A stretch of 64,000 bases of DNA, from the NCBI GenBank assembly GCA_946496065.1, contig CAMMFF010000004.1, positions 7,450 through 71,449 on the forward strand, read 5' to 3'. The position numbers and the translations under genes were made by a program. The stretch comes from an uncultured Clostridia bacterium. Its GTDB lineage: Bacteria > Bacillota > Clostridia > Christensenellales > UBA1242. The stretch's first letter is position 1. Each line of letters opens with the position of its first letter. Below the pieces are notes generated by a model. The model was given only the letters and a program-made list of their open reading frames with translations. It was not told the DNA's origin and made no database searches. Shown piece by piece: positions 37,719 through 48,120 of the stretch.

Positions 37719-39998
37719 GTGAATTTTTACCAAAATATGACACATAATAGGAAAATGAAGAAAATTGTCAAAATATGTCTAATTTCTTTTGTGCTGGTTG
37801 TGGTGTTTGGCTGTGTTTTCTGTGGAAGTTTAGTCGCTGTTTCTTATGCAAAATATCAATCAATTCCACTCAACACAGAGAGTTTGACATCTCCTTCACT
37901 TTCAATTGAAATTTTTGACAATGAAAATCGACCAATAAAGGAAGAAAATCAATTCAACGGCGATTTTTGTAAACTTGAAAGCCTGCATCAATACACCAAA
38001 GATGCTTTTATTTCGATTGAAGATAAAGAATTTTACAATCACAAAGGGCTCAACAAGAAAAGAATTGTCAAAGCCATGATAAACAACATCAAAAGCGGAA
38101 AGTTGAAAGAAGGTGCATCAACCATAAGCCAACAACTCATCAAAAACACCCATCTAAGTAACGAAAAGACTTTTGAAAGAAAACTCAAAGAAATGGCGCT
38201 GACAAAAAAACTTGAAAACAATTTCAGCAAGGATGAAATATTAGAAAGTTATTTAAACATAATCTTTTTTGGAAATAACTGTTATGGTCTTGAAAGTGCC
38301 AGCAAATATTATTTCAACAAAGATGCCAAAGATTTGAACCTGAATGAAAGTTGCACACTTGCTGGTTTAATCAAATCTCCAACCAAATATTCCCCCATCT
38401 TGAACTATGACAATTGTCTGCAAAGAAGAAATTTGGTTTTAAGCGAAATGGAAAAAGATGGAAAAATCACAGTTGACGAAAAACTGAACACTCAAAATCA
38501 ACCAATCACTCTTGATATAACCCAAAAGAATGAAAACAAACTGAATTCATATTCCCAAGCAAGCATTGATGAAGCATCAAAAATACTGAAAATTCCAGCA
38601 AAACAAATTGCTCTTGCTGGCTACAAAATTCACACTTATTGCAACAGCGAAAAACAAACAGCACTGAAAAATGCTCTTTCAAACAACGAAACAGATGGCA
38701 CTGACAACGCAGGCATAATCATAGATGTTTCCACACATGGAGTAAGTGCATTTCAAGGAAACAGCCATTTCAAAATCTTAGATGTGAAAAGACAACCCGC
38801 CTCATGTCTTAAGCCACTTTTGGTCTACGCCCCTGCTTTGAACGAAGATGTCATCAGTCCATCAACGCAAATTCTGGACGAACCAATAAAGATTGGAAAC
38901 TACAGCCCAAGCAATGTCAACAAAAAATTTTCTGGATATATGTCCGTGACCGATGCTGTGAAAAATTCAATCAACATACCAGCAATAAAGGTTTTGAGTT
39001 ACATAGGCATAGACACTGGCAAACAATATGCTCAAAAACTTGGCATAAATTTTGACGAAAAAGATGACAGTTATGCTCTTGCTCTTGGAGGAATGACTTA
39101 TGGTGTCAACATCAAAGACCTTGCAACCGCCTACACAACTTTTGCAAACAAAGGACAATTTTCAAACTCAACCTTCATTCAATACATCACAGACAAAAAC
39201 AACAAACTCGTTTACATTCACAAACCAACCGCTCAAATGGTGTTCCGTGAAGACAGCGCATACCTTATGACAGACATATTGCAAGAAACTGCAAAAAGCG
39301 GAACAGCAAGAAAGCTCAGCACAATCACAAACACCGAAATTGCCTCAAAGACAGGAACGGTCGGCAAGAAAAATGCCAGTGGAAACACAGACGCATACAA
39401 CATTTCATACACTCCAACAGAAACAATAGGTGTTTGGTTTGGTTCTCTTTCCAATGAACCTGCAAAAATTGCTGGCGGAAATCAACCAACTGAAGTTGTG
39501 AGACAATATGTGAGCTCACAAACTTACGACAAAAAACAATTTGATGTGCCTTCATCTGTTGCAGAAGTGAAGATTGACAGTTTGGAGAAAGAAGAAAATC
39601 ACAGACTGGTTCTTGCAAGCCCTTATGCCCCTGCTCGCTTCATAGAAACTTGCTTGTTCTCTCGTTTCAATATGCCAACTGAAATCTCTGAAAACTTCAC
39701 CGAAAAACCACAAATCTCGGCTGAAACAAAGGTGGAAAACAATCAAATTATCCTTTCTCTCAACGCACAAAAGCATCTTGAATATCAAATATATAAAGAC
39801 GACATTCCATATCAAAAAGTCGAAGACAAACAAGGACAACTCACATTGAGACTGAGTTTTCCTGAAAAAGAAACAACAATCAAAATTATTGCAAACTACA
39901 TTGGTGAAAATGACAAATCTTTGCAAGCAGAAAAAAAGTTCAATCTCACAAAAACCACACAAACACAGACTCAACCAAAACAAAAATGGTATATTTAA
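37719..39998 (+). CDS. Class A penicillin-binding protein (glycosyltransferase GT51 + transpeptidase)
   Basis: GT51 motifs (ISIEDKEFYNHKGL, GASTISQQL) and transpeptidase motifs SxxK (ASCLKP) and KTG (SKTGT). The start is uncertain: GTG at 37719, or ATG at 37737 or 37755. Confidence 0.9.
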   Translation: MNFYQNMTHNRKMKKIVKICLISFVLVVVFGCVFCGSLVAVSYAKYQSIPLNTESLTSPSLSIEIFDNENRPIKEENQFNGDFCKLESLHQYTKDAFISIEDKEFYNHKGLNKKRIVKAMINNIKSGKLKEGASTISQQLIKNTHLSNEKTFERKLKEMALTKKLENNFSKDEILESYLNIIFFGNNCYGLESASKYYFNKDAKDLNLNESCTLAGLIKSPTKYSPILNYDNCLQRRNLVLSEMEKDGKITVDEKLNTQNQPITLDITQKNENKLNSYSQASIDEASKILKIPAKQIALAGYKIHTYCNSEKQTALKNALSNNETDGTDNAGIIIDVSTHGVSAFQGNSHFKILDVKRQPASCLKPLLVYAPALNEDVISPSTQILDEPIKIGNYSPSNVNKKFSGYMSVTDAVKNSINIPAIKVLSYIGIDTGKQYAQKLGINFDEKDDSYALALGGMTYGVNIKDLATAYTTFANKGQFSNSTFIQYITDKNNKLVYIHKPTAQMVFREDSAYLMTDILQETAKSGTARKLSTITNTEIASKTGTVGKKNASGNTDAYNISYTPTETIGVWFGSLSNEPAKIAGGNQPTEVVRQYVSSQTYDKKQFDVPSSVAEVKIDSLEKEENHRLVLASPYAPARFIETCLFSRFNMPTEISENFTEKPQISAETKVENNQIILSLNAQKHLEYQIYKDDIPYQKVEDKQGQLTLRLSFPEKETTIKIIANYIGENDKSLQAEKKFNLTKTTQTQTQPKQKWYI

Positions 39999-39999
39999 C

Positions 40000-40031
40000 A
40001 AAAAAAGACGAATCAAATGATCGTCTTTTTA
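40000..40031. terminator. Bidirectional terminator between the PBP gene and recA
   Basis: Hairpin aaaagacga/tcgtctttt (40003-40011 / 40021-40029), flanked by A- and T-runs. Confidence 0.7.
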
Positions 40032-40064
40032 TCATCTCAAACACAAGCAATTCAAACTTCAAAA

Positions 40065-41111
40065 TCAGTCTTCAATGTTGTCATCTTCGTCTTCTGAACT
40101 TGGCAAATCAGAACCAGTCATCTGTTCTCTGATTTTTGTTTCAATTTCATTCATGATGTCAGGATTCTTTTCAAGATAGGTCTTTGTATTTTCCTTTCCT
40201 TGACCAATTTTTTCATCATTATAAGAGAACCAAGCACCGCTTTTCTTAATAAGTCCCAAGTTTAAAGCCATATCCAAAATGCAACCTGACTTAGAAATTC
40301 CTTGACCATACATAATGTCAAATTCTGCAGTCTTGAAAGGTGGAGCAAGTTTGTTTTTAACAACCTTAACTTTTGTTCTGTTTCCGATTATGTTTTGACC
40401 TTCTTTGATTGTGTCAGTTTTTCTGACATCAAGACGAATGCTTGCATAGAACTTCAAAGCCTTACCACCAGTTGTTGTTTCTGGAGAGCCAAACATAACC
40501 CCAATCTTATCACGAAGTTGATTGATGAAAATCACAGCAGTGTTGCTCTTTGAAGAAACAGAAGTCATTTTTCTGAGTGCTTGACTCATCATTCTTGCTT
40601 GAAGACCAACATGATTGTCACCCATTTCTCCGTCAATTTCTGCTTTTGGTGTAAGTGCTGCAACAGAGTCCACAACAATAATGTCAAAAGCGCCAGAACG
40701 AATAAGTGTGTCACAAATGTTCAATGCTTGTTCTCCATTATCAGGTTGAGAAACATACAAAGATTTGATGTCAACACCCAATTTTTCTGCATACACAGGG
40801 TCAAGAGCGTGCTCTGCATCAATAAACGCAGCACGTCCACCCATCTTTTGTGCTTCAGCAACCATATGCAAAGAAACTGTGGTCTTACCAGAAGATTCTG
40901 GTCCATAAATTTCAATAATTCTTCCGCGAGGAATGCCACCAATTCCAAGTGCCATATCAAGAGTCAAACAACCCGTTGGAATGACATCAACTTTTTGATA
41001 AGGTTGGTCTCCAAGTTTCATGATTGCACCCTTTCCGAAATCTTTTTCAATCTTGAGAAGTGCTTGCTCAAGAGCTTCTTCTCTAGGATCTTTCTTTTCT
41101 TTTTCAGCCAT
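40065..41111 (-). CDS. recA: Recombinase RecA
   Basis: 348 aa with Walker [10 protein letters not shown] and typical RecA sequence throughout. AGGAG RBS. Confidence 0.98.
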   Translation of the reverse strand: MAEKEKKDPREEALEQALLKIEKDFGKGAIMKLGDQPYQKVDVIPTGCLTLDMALGIGGIPRGRIIEIYGPESSGKTTVSLHMVAEAQKMGGRAAFIDAEHALDPVYAEKLGVDIKSLYVSQPDNGEQALNICDTLIRSGAFDIIVVDSVAALTPKAEIDGEMGDNHVGLQARMMSQALRKMTSVSSKSNTAVIFINQLRDKIGVMFGSPETTTGGKALKFYASIRLDVRKTDTIKEGQNIIGNRTKVKVVKNKLAPPFKTAEFDIMYGQGISKSGCILDMALNLGLIKKSGAWFSYNDEKIGQGKENTKTYLEKNPDIMNEIETKIREQMTGSDLPSSEDEDDNIED

Positions 41112-41149
41112 AACAATCTCCTAAATTCTTATTGTCTTTTTATAGTTAT

Positions 41150-41178
41150 ATTTTAACTCAAATCATCACAAATTTCAA
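41150..41178 (-). promoter_or_regulatory. Candidate recA promoter
   Basis: TTGAAA (41178-41173), 17 nt spacer, TAAAAT (41155-41150). Confidence 0.5.
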
Positions 41179-41206
41179 AATGAAATCATAACATTTTCAG
41201 TGCTTA

Positions 41207-42223
41207 TCAATATTTTTCTTTCAAAAATTTGAGCAACCTAAACAGTGCAAAACTTGAAACATTTTCCATTCTTTCATTTCTGTTTCCATAAAAAACTGAA
41301 GAGAAGACATGAATTTCTTTTTTGTTTCCAACAGCAACAAAACATCTTCCGGCATCACAATCAAAACCAGAAACTACCAAAGCCAAATCTGATTCCGCAT
41401 TTTTCAAAAGATTTTTCGCCATAACAAAAGCAGTCTCCTTGCTAACCGTTCCATGTTCATCAAGAAAGGTCTTTTCAATGCCAAGTTTTTCAAAGGAATT
41501 GTCCCCAAACATAATCAAACTTTCACTGATGTTGATCTTGTCATTCTCATCAAACTCAGACAATTTTTCCGAAATTTTTCCAACAGTAAGACCATCACAA
41601 ATGGAAATAGACAAAGAATTTCGTCTCAAAATTTCACCACAACAAACAACCAAATCTTTGTCATTTGTTGCAAAAAGTCCGTCACCAAATTTTTCAACAA
41701 GAACACTTTCATCAACAAACTTAGAATAATAAACAATATGTAAAAACGCAGAATTTGTTATTATTTTATAATCAAAATTTTCTTTCTGTGCTTTAATTTC
41801 CTCAAATTTTGAAACCACAAAATTTTTACTTTTCCCAAATATGGAACAAGAAAAAACATCTTTTGACTGCAAAAGTTCGTCCAAAAATTTGTCAGTATCA
41901 AGTTCAATTGGAACAAACAACATTTTGCGATATGTTGTGGTCTGTTCAAGTTTAATCGCCTGTTCTTGAATCAATGTCAAATTGTCAGTGTCAGTTTTGC
42001 TTGCCTCAACCAATTTGTCAACATTGTCATTATCACAAATTATGATAGCATTATCGTAGGAATTTTTGGCATCAATGCAAAAGCCAACACAATCAGCATA
42101 AAGAGAACATGATAAAAAAGAAAAGTCAAAAAGTCCTCTTTTGAGAAGCGACTTTTCGATTTTCTCCAAACATTTTGATGTCAAATTTTGATTGTCAGAA
42201 AAGACAATAACTTTATTTTGCAT
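41207..42223 (-). CDS. CinA-like protein (C-terminal PncC/CinA domain; divergent N-terminal half)
   Basis: Sits in the conserved pgsA-cinA-recA position. The C-terminus (GTVSKETAFVMAKNLL...ALVVSGF...FYGNRNERM) resembles the CinA C-domain. ATG at 42223 has an AGGTG RBS. Confidence 0.6.
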   Translation of the reverse strand: MQNKVIVFSDNQNLTSKCLEKIEKSLLKRGLFDFSFLSCSLYADCVGFCIDAKNSYDNAIIICDNDNVDKLVEASKTDTDNLTLIQEQAIKLEQTTTYRKMLFVPIELDTDKFLDELLQSKDVFSCSIFGKSKNFVVSKFEEIKAQKENFDYKIITNSAFLHIVYYSKFVDESVLVEKFGDGLFATNDKDLVVCCGEILRRNSLSISICDGLTVGKISEKLSEFDENDKINISESLIMFGDNSFEKLGIEKTFLDEHGTVSKETAFVMAKNLLKNAESDLALVVSGFDCDAGRCFVAVGNKKEIHVFSSVFYGNRNERMENVSSFALFRLLKFLKEKY

Positions 42224-42848
42224 CTTTAAGCACCTGTCTGTTGTTTGAAATATATTTCCAAGCAGAAACAATTGTCATGATGACTGTCACAGCAAGCAAA
42301 ACATATCCAATGATATTGAGCACTGTGTTTGCAGTAAGCCAAGCCTGGCTGCCTGCATTATAAAATTCTTCAATAACAAATGCGTAAACAAAATAGAAAA
42401 TCAATGTGATAAATTGGAAAACAGCCTTAACTTTTCCATACATATCAGCAGCCAAAACGACATTTTTTGTTGCTGCAACTTGACGGAAAGCACTGATAAT
42501 AAGTTCTCTTGCAAGAATGATGATTGCTGCGATAATCCCAACATATTGAGGCATGATTGCAGGCGCAACTTCAGTTCCAACATTTGGAACAATTGGATAA
42601 GCAATCAAAAGCAAAAGTCCAGCCATAACCAAAACTTTGTCAGCAATAGGGTCAAGAAATTTTCCCAAATTTGTGACAAGTCCCCTGCTTCTTGCAATCT
42701 TGCCATCAATGAAATCGGTAAGACAAGCAGCAGCAAAGACTATTGTTGCAACAAGTTTTCCATAAGGAATGAAATCAGCCATATAGAAAAACACAAAAAT
42801 TGGAATAAGCGCAAGTCTAACACAAGTTATTTTATTTGGAAGATTCAT
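42213..42848 (-). CDS. pgsA: CDP-diacylglycerol--glycerol-3-phosphate 3-phosphatidyltransferase
   Basis: CDP-alcohol phosphotransferase motif DFIDGKIARSRGLVTNLGKFLDPIADK. ATG at 42848 has an AAGGAG RBS. Confidence 0.92.
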   Translation of the reverse strand: MNLPNKITCVRLALIPIFVFFYMADFIPYGKLVATIVFAAACLTDFIDGKIARSRGLVTNLGKFLDPIADKVLVMAGLLLLIAYPIVPNVGTEVAPAIMPQYVGIIAAIIILARELIISAFRQVAATKNVVLAADMYGKVKAVFQFITLIFYFVYAFVIEEFYNAGSQAWLTANTVLNIIGYVLLAVTVIMTIVSAWKYISNNRQVLKDAK

Positions 42849-44163
42849 AATAAACTCCTTTATAATTTTCGCCGTCAAAATCAATAAATTTAACAGTCAC
42901 AAACTCGCCAACTTTGACATTTTCATTATCCACAATTTCCACACCAAAGTCAACTGTTGGAGATAAAAATTCAGTATGTCCGACATAAAGACCAGTGTTT
43001 TCGTCAAAATAATCAACAAGCACTGTGAAAACTTTGCCAATTTTCTCTTTTGCCTTTTCGGTCACGACATTGCTTTGAATTTTTTGAATTTTCTTCAGTC
43101 GTCTTTTTTTAGTAAATTGGCTCACTTGGTCTTCCATGAAATAACTTGGCGTATTTTCTTCACGATAATATGGAAAGAAACCAGCATAATCAAATCTTGT
43201 TCTCTCGACAAAATCGCACAACTTTTCAAAATCAGCCTTCGTCTCGCTTGGATACCCAACAATGAAGGTTGTCCTAAGTTCAATGTTGTGGTATTCGCTT
43301 GTGAGTTTGTCGATAAGTTTCCTTGTGTCTTCTTCAGACATTCTTCTTCTCATGCTTTTCAAGATTCTGTCATCAATATGTTGAAGCGGGATATCCAAAT
43401 ATTTGCACATCTTTGGCTCTTCTTCAATGAAATTCAAAAGATTGTCATCAGTTTTTTCTGGATACGCATAATGTAGTCTTATCCATTTAATCTTATCAAT
43501 CTTTGCAAGTCTTTGACACAATTCCACCAATCTGTTTTTGCCATACAAATCCTCGCCATATCTGGTGACATCTTGTGCAACAACAATAAGTTCTTTCACA
43601 CCATTGTCAGCAAGATATTTTGCCTCGTCCACAATTTCATCAATTGGATAGCTTTGATATCTACCCTTAATTCTTGGAATTGTGCAGTATGAACAAGCAT
43701 TACTGCACCCTTCCGCAATTTTCAGATAAGCATAAGCACCTCTGCTTGTGAAAATTCTTCCAAGTTTGCTTTTTGGTTTGCTTTGTTCAACGCCGTACAA
43801 CTTTTCAATGATTTGGCAAATGTTCTGATTGTCAGCTGCAACCAAAAACGCGTCAACTTCCGGAATCTCTTTCAATAGTTCATCTTTGTGCCTCTGAGCC
43901 AAACAGCCACTGACAATCACCTTCTCAATCACACCACTGTTTTTCAACAGACACATTTGAAAAATGTTGTCAAGTGCTTCTTGTTTTGCAGGTGTAATGA
44001 ATGCACAAGTGTTCACAATGACAATGTTTGCTGCACTTACATCTTCCACAATTTCAAAGCCATAATCTTTCAGTCTAAAAAGCATTTTCTCAAGGTCAAC
44101 GCGGTTTTTGTCACAACCAAGAGAAATTGCAGAGACTTTTTTTCCTTTCAATCTTTCATCCAT
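42832..44163 (-). CDS. rimO: Ribosomal protein uS12 methylthiotransferase
   Basis: 443 aa with an N-terminal MTTase domain (ISLGCDKNRVDLE), radical-SAM motif CSNACSYC and an intact C-terminal TRAM (VGEFVTVKFIDFDGENYKG). Confidence 0.9.
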   Translation of the reverse strand: MDERLKGKKVSAISLGCDKNRVDLEKMLFRLKDYGFEIVEDVSAANIVIVNTCAFITPAKQEALDNIFQMCLLKNSGVIEKVIVSGCLAQRHKDELLKEIPEVDAFLVAADNQNICQIIEKLYGVEQSKPKSKLGRIFTSRGAYAYLKIAEGCSNACSYCTIPRIKGRYQSYPIDEIVDEAKYLADNGVKELIVVAQDVTRYGEDLYGKNRLVELCQRLAKIDKIKWIRLHYAYPEKTDDNLLNFIEEEPKMCKYLDIPLQHIDDRILKSMRRRMSEEDTRKLIDKLTSEYHNIELRTTFIVGYPSETKADFEKLCDFVERTRFDYAGFFPYYREENTPSYFMEDQVSQFTKKRRLKKIQKIQSNVVTEKAKEKIGKVFTVLVDYFDENTGLYVGHTEFLSPTVDFGVEIVDNENVKVGEFVTVKFIDFDGENYKGVYYESSK

Positions 44164-44254
44164 TTTCTTCTCTCTCGTTAATTAATTTTGTAATCTATCC
44201 TTAAGCAATAAAGCAAATCTTCAATTCAGTTAAAACCCAAATTTCATTTTCGTA

Positions 44255-47065
44255 TTAGTCAAATTGGTCACCAAAAAGTTCATTAAATTCTTCTTCGGTG
44301 GTATAAACAGTTCTGCCCTTCACGCCGTCAGCACTGGAAATGTAACCTGCTGCTTCCATTTGGTCAATGATTCTTGCAGCTCTTGGATAACCAATGGCAA
44401 ATCGTCTCCTGATCATCGTTGCACTTGCCTGCTTACATTCAATTGAAGCCTTCAATGCTTGCGGCAACAATGGGTCCATTTCGTTGTTATAACCTGGACC
44501 AGAATTTGTGTTTTTGTTAGGATTCAAAATCTGTTCTTCAATATCTTTGTCAAAAATTGGTTTGTTGTTGTCACGAACATAATCAACAATCTTGTTAATT
44601 TCTCCTGTTGTGATGAAGCAACCTTGAACACGTTTAGGTTCTTGAGCACCAACTGGATAATAGAGCATATCCCCTTTCCCCAAAAGTTTTTCTGCTCCAA
44701 CTCTGTCCAAAATAGTCATGGAGTCCACTGCACTTGTGACAGCAAAAGCAATACGAGAAGGGAAATTGCTCTTAATAAGTCCAGTAATGACATCAACAGA
44801 AGGTCTTTGAGTTGCCAAAATCAAGTGAATTCCAGCAGCACGAGATTTTTGAGCAAGACGACAAACCTTTTCTTCCACTTCCTTCTTTCCTGTCATCATA
44901 AGGTCAGCAAGCTCGTCAACAATAATGACAATGAATGGCATTTTTTCAACTTTACCAGAAATAACATCTGGAGTTTGGTTATATTCATCAATGTTTTTAA
45001 CTCTTGCCATACCCAAAAGTTCAAAACGTCTTTCCATTTCAGTGACCGCCCAAGCAAGAGTGTTGATTGCTTTTTGAGTTTCACACACAATCTTTGGCAT
45101 AATCAAATGAGGCAACGCTTCATAAGAAGAAAATTCCACACGCTTAGGGTCAATCAAAATGATTTTGACATCTTCTGGCGATGCTTTGTAGATGATGCTC
45201 AAGATGATGGAGTTCAAACAAACGCTCTTACCAGAGCCAGTTGACCCAGCAACCAAAAGGTGTGTAAGTTTTTGCATATTGCAGCAAATGGTGTTTCCAG
45301 TGATATCTTTTCCAAGAGCAAATGTAAGTGGAGAAGAACTTTGAGTAAATTCTTTTGAAATCAGAACATCTTTCAGACTGATTGTTGCAATTGAAGCGTT
45401 TGGAACTTCAACACCAACCACACTTTTTCCAGGAACAGGTGCTTCAATTCTGATTGAACCTTCAGCTGCAAGCGAAAGTGCAATGTCGTCAGCACGATTT
45501 TTGATTTTGCTTACTGAAATTCCTTGTGGCATTTCAAGTTCATAACGCGTAACAGCAGGTCCAACAACAACCCCCTGAACTTTTGCAGGAACACCAAATG
45601 TTTCAAGCGTATTTTCCAAAAGCACACGTTTTGTTGCAACATCTTCATTCAAAGTTGACAAGTCCACACTTTGAGTGGTGATATATTCAATTGGTGGTTT
45701 TTCATAAACATAAGGTTCTTTTTCTTCTGGTTCTTGTTCGTCAGGGATTGGAGAATTTTCTCTTGAGAGAGAACCGTTCCTTGCAGAAATTCTGTCATAG
45801 TCACGATTAAAATCTCTTCTCGCATCAATATCTTCCTGATTTGTCAGTTTCTCATGTCTATCAAAAGACCTGTCAAAAGAACGTCTTTCAAAACTTCCAC
45901 TGTTGTTTCTGTCTGGAAGTCTGTCAATGACATTTCTTTCACTGTCTTCATTCATATGCTCATAAATGTCTGGATTTTCTTTCTTTTCTTCTTCAATGGC
46001 ACTCTTGAGAATGTCATCAGCCTTTTCAACCAATTCTTCGCTTCTAACTTCAGGAAGAGTTCTTCTGATAACCGGTTGATTGTCTGGCTTAAATTCGTCT
46101 TCATGATAAACCTCTGAAGGTTCAATTTCATCAGTCTTAAGAGAATTGATGTTGCTTTGAATTTCTTCTTTTGCAGGCACATCATTTTGTTTTCTGACAT
46201 CTTTGAAATATTCATCAATGTCAATTTGAGGTGGAGTCAAAATCAATTCTTTCAAAGATTTTGGTTTTTCAGGTTCTTTCTTTGTGGATTGGATAGGTGT
46301 TTTTTCATATTCATACGCCTTATCTCTCTTTTTGTCCAATCCCAAAATTTGTCTTGCAGTAAGTTGTTTGTTTTCTTCCTCTTTCAAATTGCCATTCAAG
46401 ACAACATTAGGTGTTTCTTCTTCAACTTTTTCTCCAATGACTTCCACTTCTTTTTCTTCAACATTTTCGTCCAAAACTTTTCCAGTCTTTTTGTCTTTAA
46501 TTTGAACAGAAACAGGTTCGTCTTCAGCCTTTTGTTTTTTCATATACTTCAAACTGTCCAAAAGAAGAGCAAGACAAAGCACAAAAGCCAAAGCAAAGAT
46601 GATGTAAGCCCCATAAATGTTTGCCATATACAAGAAAATTGTTGTGAAAATCCCAACCAAAAAACCACCTGCAGTCCACTTTGCAGTGTAGTTCTTTGCT
46701 AAATAGTCCCAAAATGACATCTTGACACTCTCACCATCAACAACCTGCACATTATTTCCCACAATTGCAAGTTGCAAAATGCAAAGAGCAAAAAAGACCG
46801 TCAAAATCAAACAAATTGTATATTTTTTCGACATAACATATCTTCTGCTGTTAACAAGTGCAAGCCCGACAACAAAGAGAATGATGCAAAGCGGATAACC
46901 AAAAACCCCAAAAAGTCCCAAGAAAAAAGTTTGAATTGGAGCAACAATGCCTGTCAAGAACAAGAACACAACAGATGCTGCAGCAATCAAAGAGAAGCCA
47001 ACAATCTTCTTAGTGTTAGGATTTTTAGTCTTTTTCTTTTTTGAATTTAGTTTATAAACCGCCAT
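44255..47065 (-). CDS. ftsK: DNA translocase FtsK/SpoIIIE
   Basis: 936 aa with 4-5 N-terminal TM helices, a long acidic/basic linker, a motor domain with Walker A GSTGSGKS, and a C-terminal gamma (winged-helix) domain. Confidence 0.95.
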   Translation of the reverse strand: MAVYKLNSKKKKTKNPNTKKIVGFSLIAAASVVFLFLTGIVAPIQTFFLGLFGVFGYPLCIILFVVGLALVNSRRYVMSKKYTICLILTVFFALCILQLAIVGNNVQVVDGESVKMSFWDYLAKNYTAKWTAGGFLVGIFTTIFLYMANIYGAYIIFALAFVLCLALLLDSLKYMKKQKAEDEPVSVQIKDKKTGKVLDENVEEKEVEVIGEKVEEETPNVVLNGNLKEEENKQLTARQILGLDKKRDKAYEYEKTPIQSTKKEPEKPKSLKELILTPPQIDIDEYFKDVRKQNDVPAKEEIQSNINSLKTDEIEPSEVYHEDEFKPDNQPVIRRTLPEVRSEELVEKADDILKSAIEEEKKENPDIYEHMNEDSERNVIDRLPDRNNSGSFERRSFDRSFDRHEKLTNQEDIDARRDFNRDYDRISARNGSLSRENSPIPDEQEPEEKEPYVYEKPPIEYITTQSVDLSTLNEDVATKRVLLENTLETFGVPAKVQGVVVGPAVTRYELEMPQGISVSKIKNRADDIALSLAAEGSIRIEAPVPGKSVVGVEVPNASIATISLKDVLISKEFTQSSSPLTFALGKDITGNTICCNMQKLTHLLVAGSTGSGKSVCLNSIILSIIYKASPEDVKIILIDPKRVEFSSYEALPHLIMPKIVCETQKAINTLAWAVTEMERRFELLGMARVKNIDEYNQTPDVISGKVEKMPFIVIIVDELADLMMTGKKEVEEKVCRLAQKSRAAGIHLILATQRPSVDVITGLIKSNFPSRIAFAVTSAVDSMTILDRVGAEKLLGKGDMLYYPVGAQEPKRVQGCFITTGEINKIVDYVRDNNKPIFDKDIEEQILNPNKNTNSGPGYNNEMDPLLPQALKASIECKQASATMIRRRFAIGYPRAARIIDQMEAAGYISSADGVKGRTVYTTEEEFNELFGDQFD

Positions 47066-47287
47066 TAAATAACCCCCAATTTAAAGGTCAAAACGAAGAT
47101 AAATCAAAACCTATCTTTTTACAAATATAATTATATCATTAAATAGATAAAAACAACAAACAGTTTTAACAAAAAACCAACACGGAAAAAGCAAAAATAA
47201 ATCCAAATTAAAAAGATTTTGCAAAAAAGTCAAAGATATTGTCTCTCTTTTGGCAATCAACAAGCACAAAATTGAACATTGCAAACA

Positions 47288-48016
47288 TCATTGTCCAATA
47301 TTTTCAGAAACTGTGCAAAGTTCAAAGCCTTTTTCTTTCAAGGTTTTGATGATTCGGTCAAGAGCATTTTTCGTCGCTTCCGTAGGATGCATCAAGACAA
47401 AGTCTCCACTCTTGCAGTTTTTGATTGCACGGTTATAAATCACTTCGCTGTCTTTATCTCTCCAATCAATCGTATCCCTCCCATCAGTCCACATGATTGT
47501 TTTGTAACCAAGTTCTTTGGCAATTTCCACGGTTTTTTTGTTGTAAGAACCGCTTGGTGGAGCAAACAAATCCATTTCGACCCCAATCAAACTTTTGACC
47601 AAATTGTGAGTGTTTATAATCTCTTCATAGTTCTTTTCTGCAGAAAGTTTCCCTTGGTCTTTGTGATAATAACCATGGTTTCCGATTTCGTGCCCAGCAT
47701 CATAAATTTTTTGCAACATATCACTTTCTGCAACCGCCCAAGTGCCACCAACGAAAAAGGTTGTCTTGACATCATTATCTTCCAAAATTTGCAACATCTC
47801 ATCAAGATATTCTGTCCCCCAATAGACATTGATCATAAGCGTGATTTTGTTTGATTTTTCGTCGCCACTGTAATAAACCCCATTGATAACGCTTGACGAA
47901 GTGACATAATCAACGCCATACACAGCCATACATGAAATGATTGCAAGCATGACAACAATCACCGTATTTGTCAAAAATCTGCGACCATTAATGGTCAAAA
48001 AATGTAATTTTTTCAT
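47288..48016 (-). CDS. pdaB: Polysaccharide deacetylase, PdaB-like (sporulation-type NodB domain)
   Basis: ITLMINVYWGTEYLDEMLQILEDNDVKTTFFVGG...GHEIGNHGYYH matches the PdaB pattern. ATG at 48016; the track start at 48037 is GTG. Confidence 0.7.
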   Translation of the reverse strand: MKKLHFLTINGRRFLTNTVIVVMLAIISCMAVYGVDYVTSSSVINGVYYSGDEKSNKITLMINVYWGTEYLDEMLQILEDNDVKTTFFVGGTWAVAESDMLQKIYDAGHEIGNHGYYHKDQGKLSAEKNYEEIINTHNLVKSLIGVEMDLFAPPSGSYNKKTVEIAKELGYKTIMWTDGRDTIDWRDKDSEVIYNRAIKNCKSGDFVLMHPTEATKNALDRIIKTLKEKGFELCTVSENIGQ

Positions 48017-48068
48017 GTTATAAGATATGTTGTCCACACTGAAAAATTACACAAACAAAAAACACAAC

Positions 48069-48101
48069 AAAAAAAGATGCGACCATTTCGCATCTTTTTT
48101 T
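48069..48101 (-). terminator. Intrinsic terminator after the Ca-ATPase gene
   Basis: Hairpin agatgcg/cgcatct (48075-48081 / 48089-48095) with A/T-runs on both sides. Confidence 0.65.
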
Positions 48102-48120
48102 ATTTTCTTAAAATCAAAAA

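Noticed and set aside
44459-45244. Long ORFs antisense to real genes. Examples are 44459..45244 (261 aa, opposite ftsK), 17952..18680 (opposite ligD), 13756..14436 (opposite leuS), 5144..5749 (opposite ftsH) and 48928..49533 (opposite the ATPase).
   Set aside because: They lie wholly inside well-supported genes on the other strand and have no RBS or promoter. They encode low-complexity F/S/N/C-rich sequences, which is the expected stop-codon-poor antisense frame of AT-rich, purine-skewed coding DNA.
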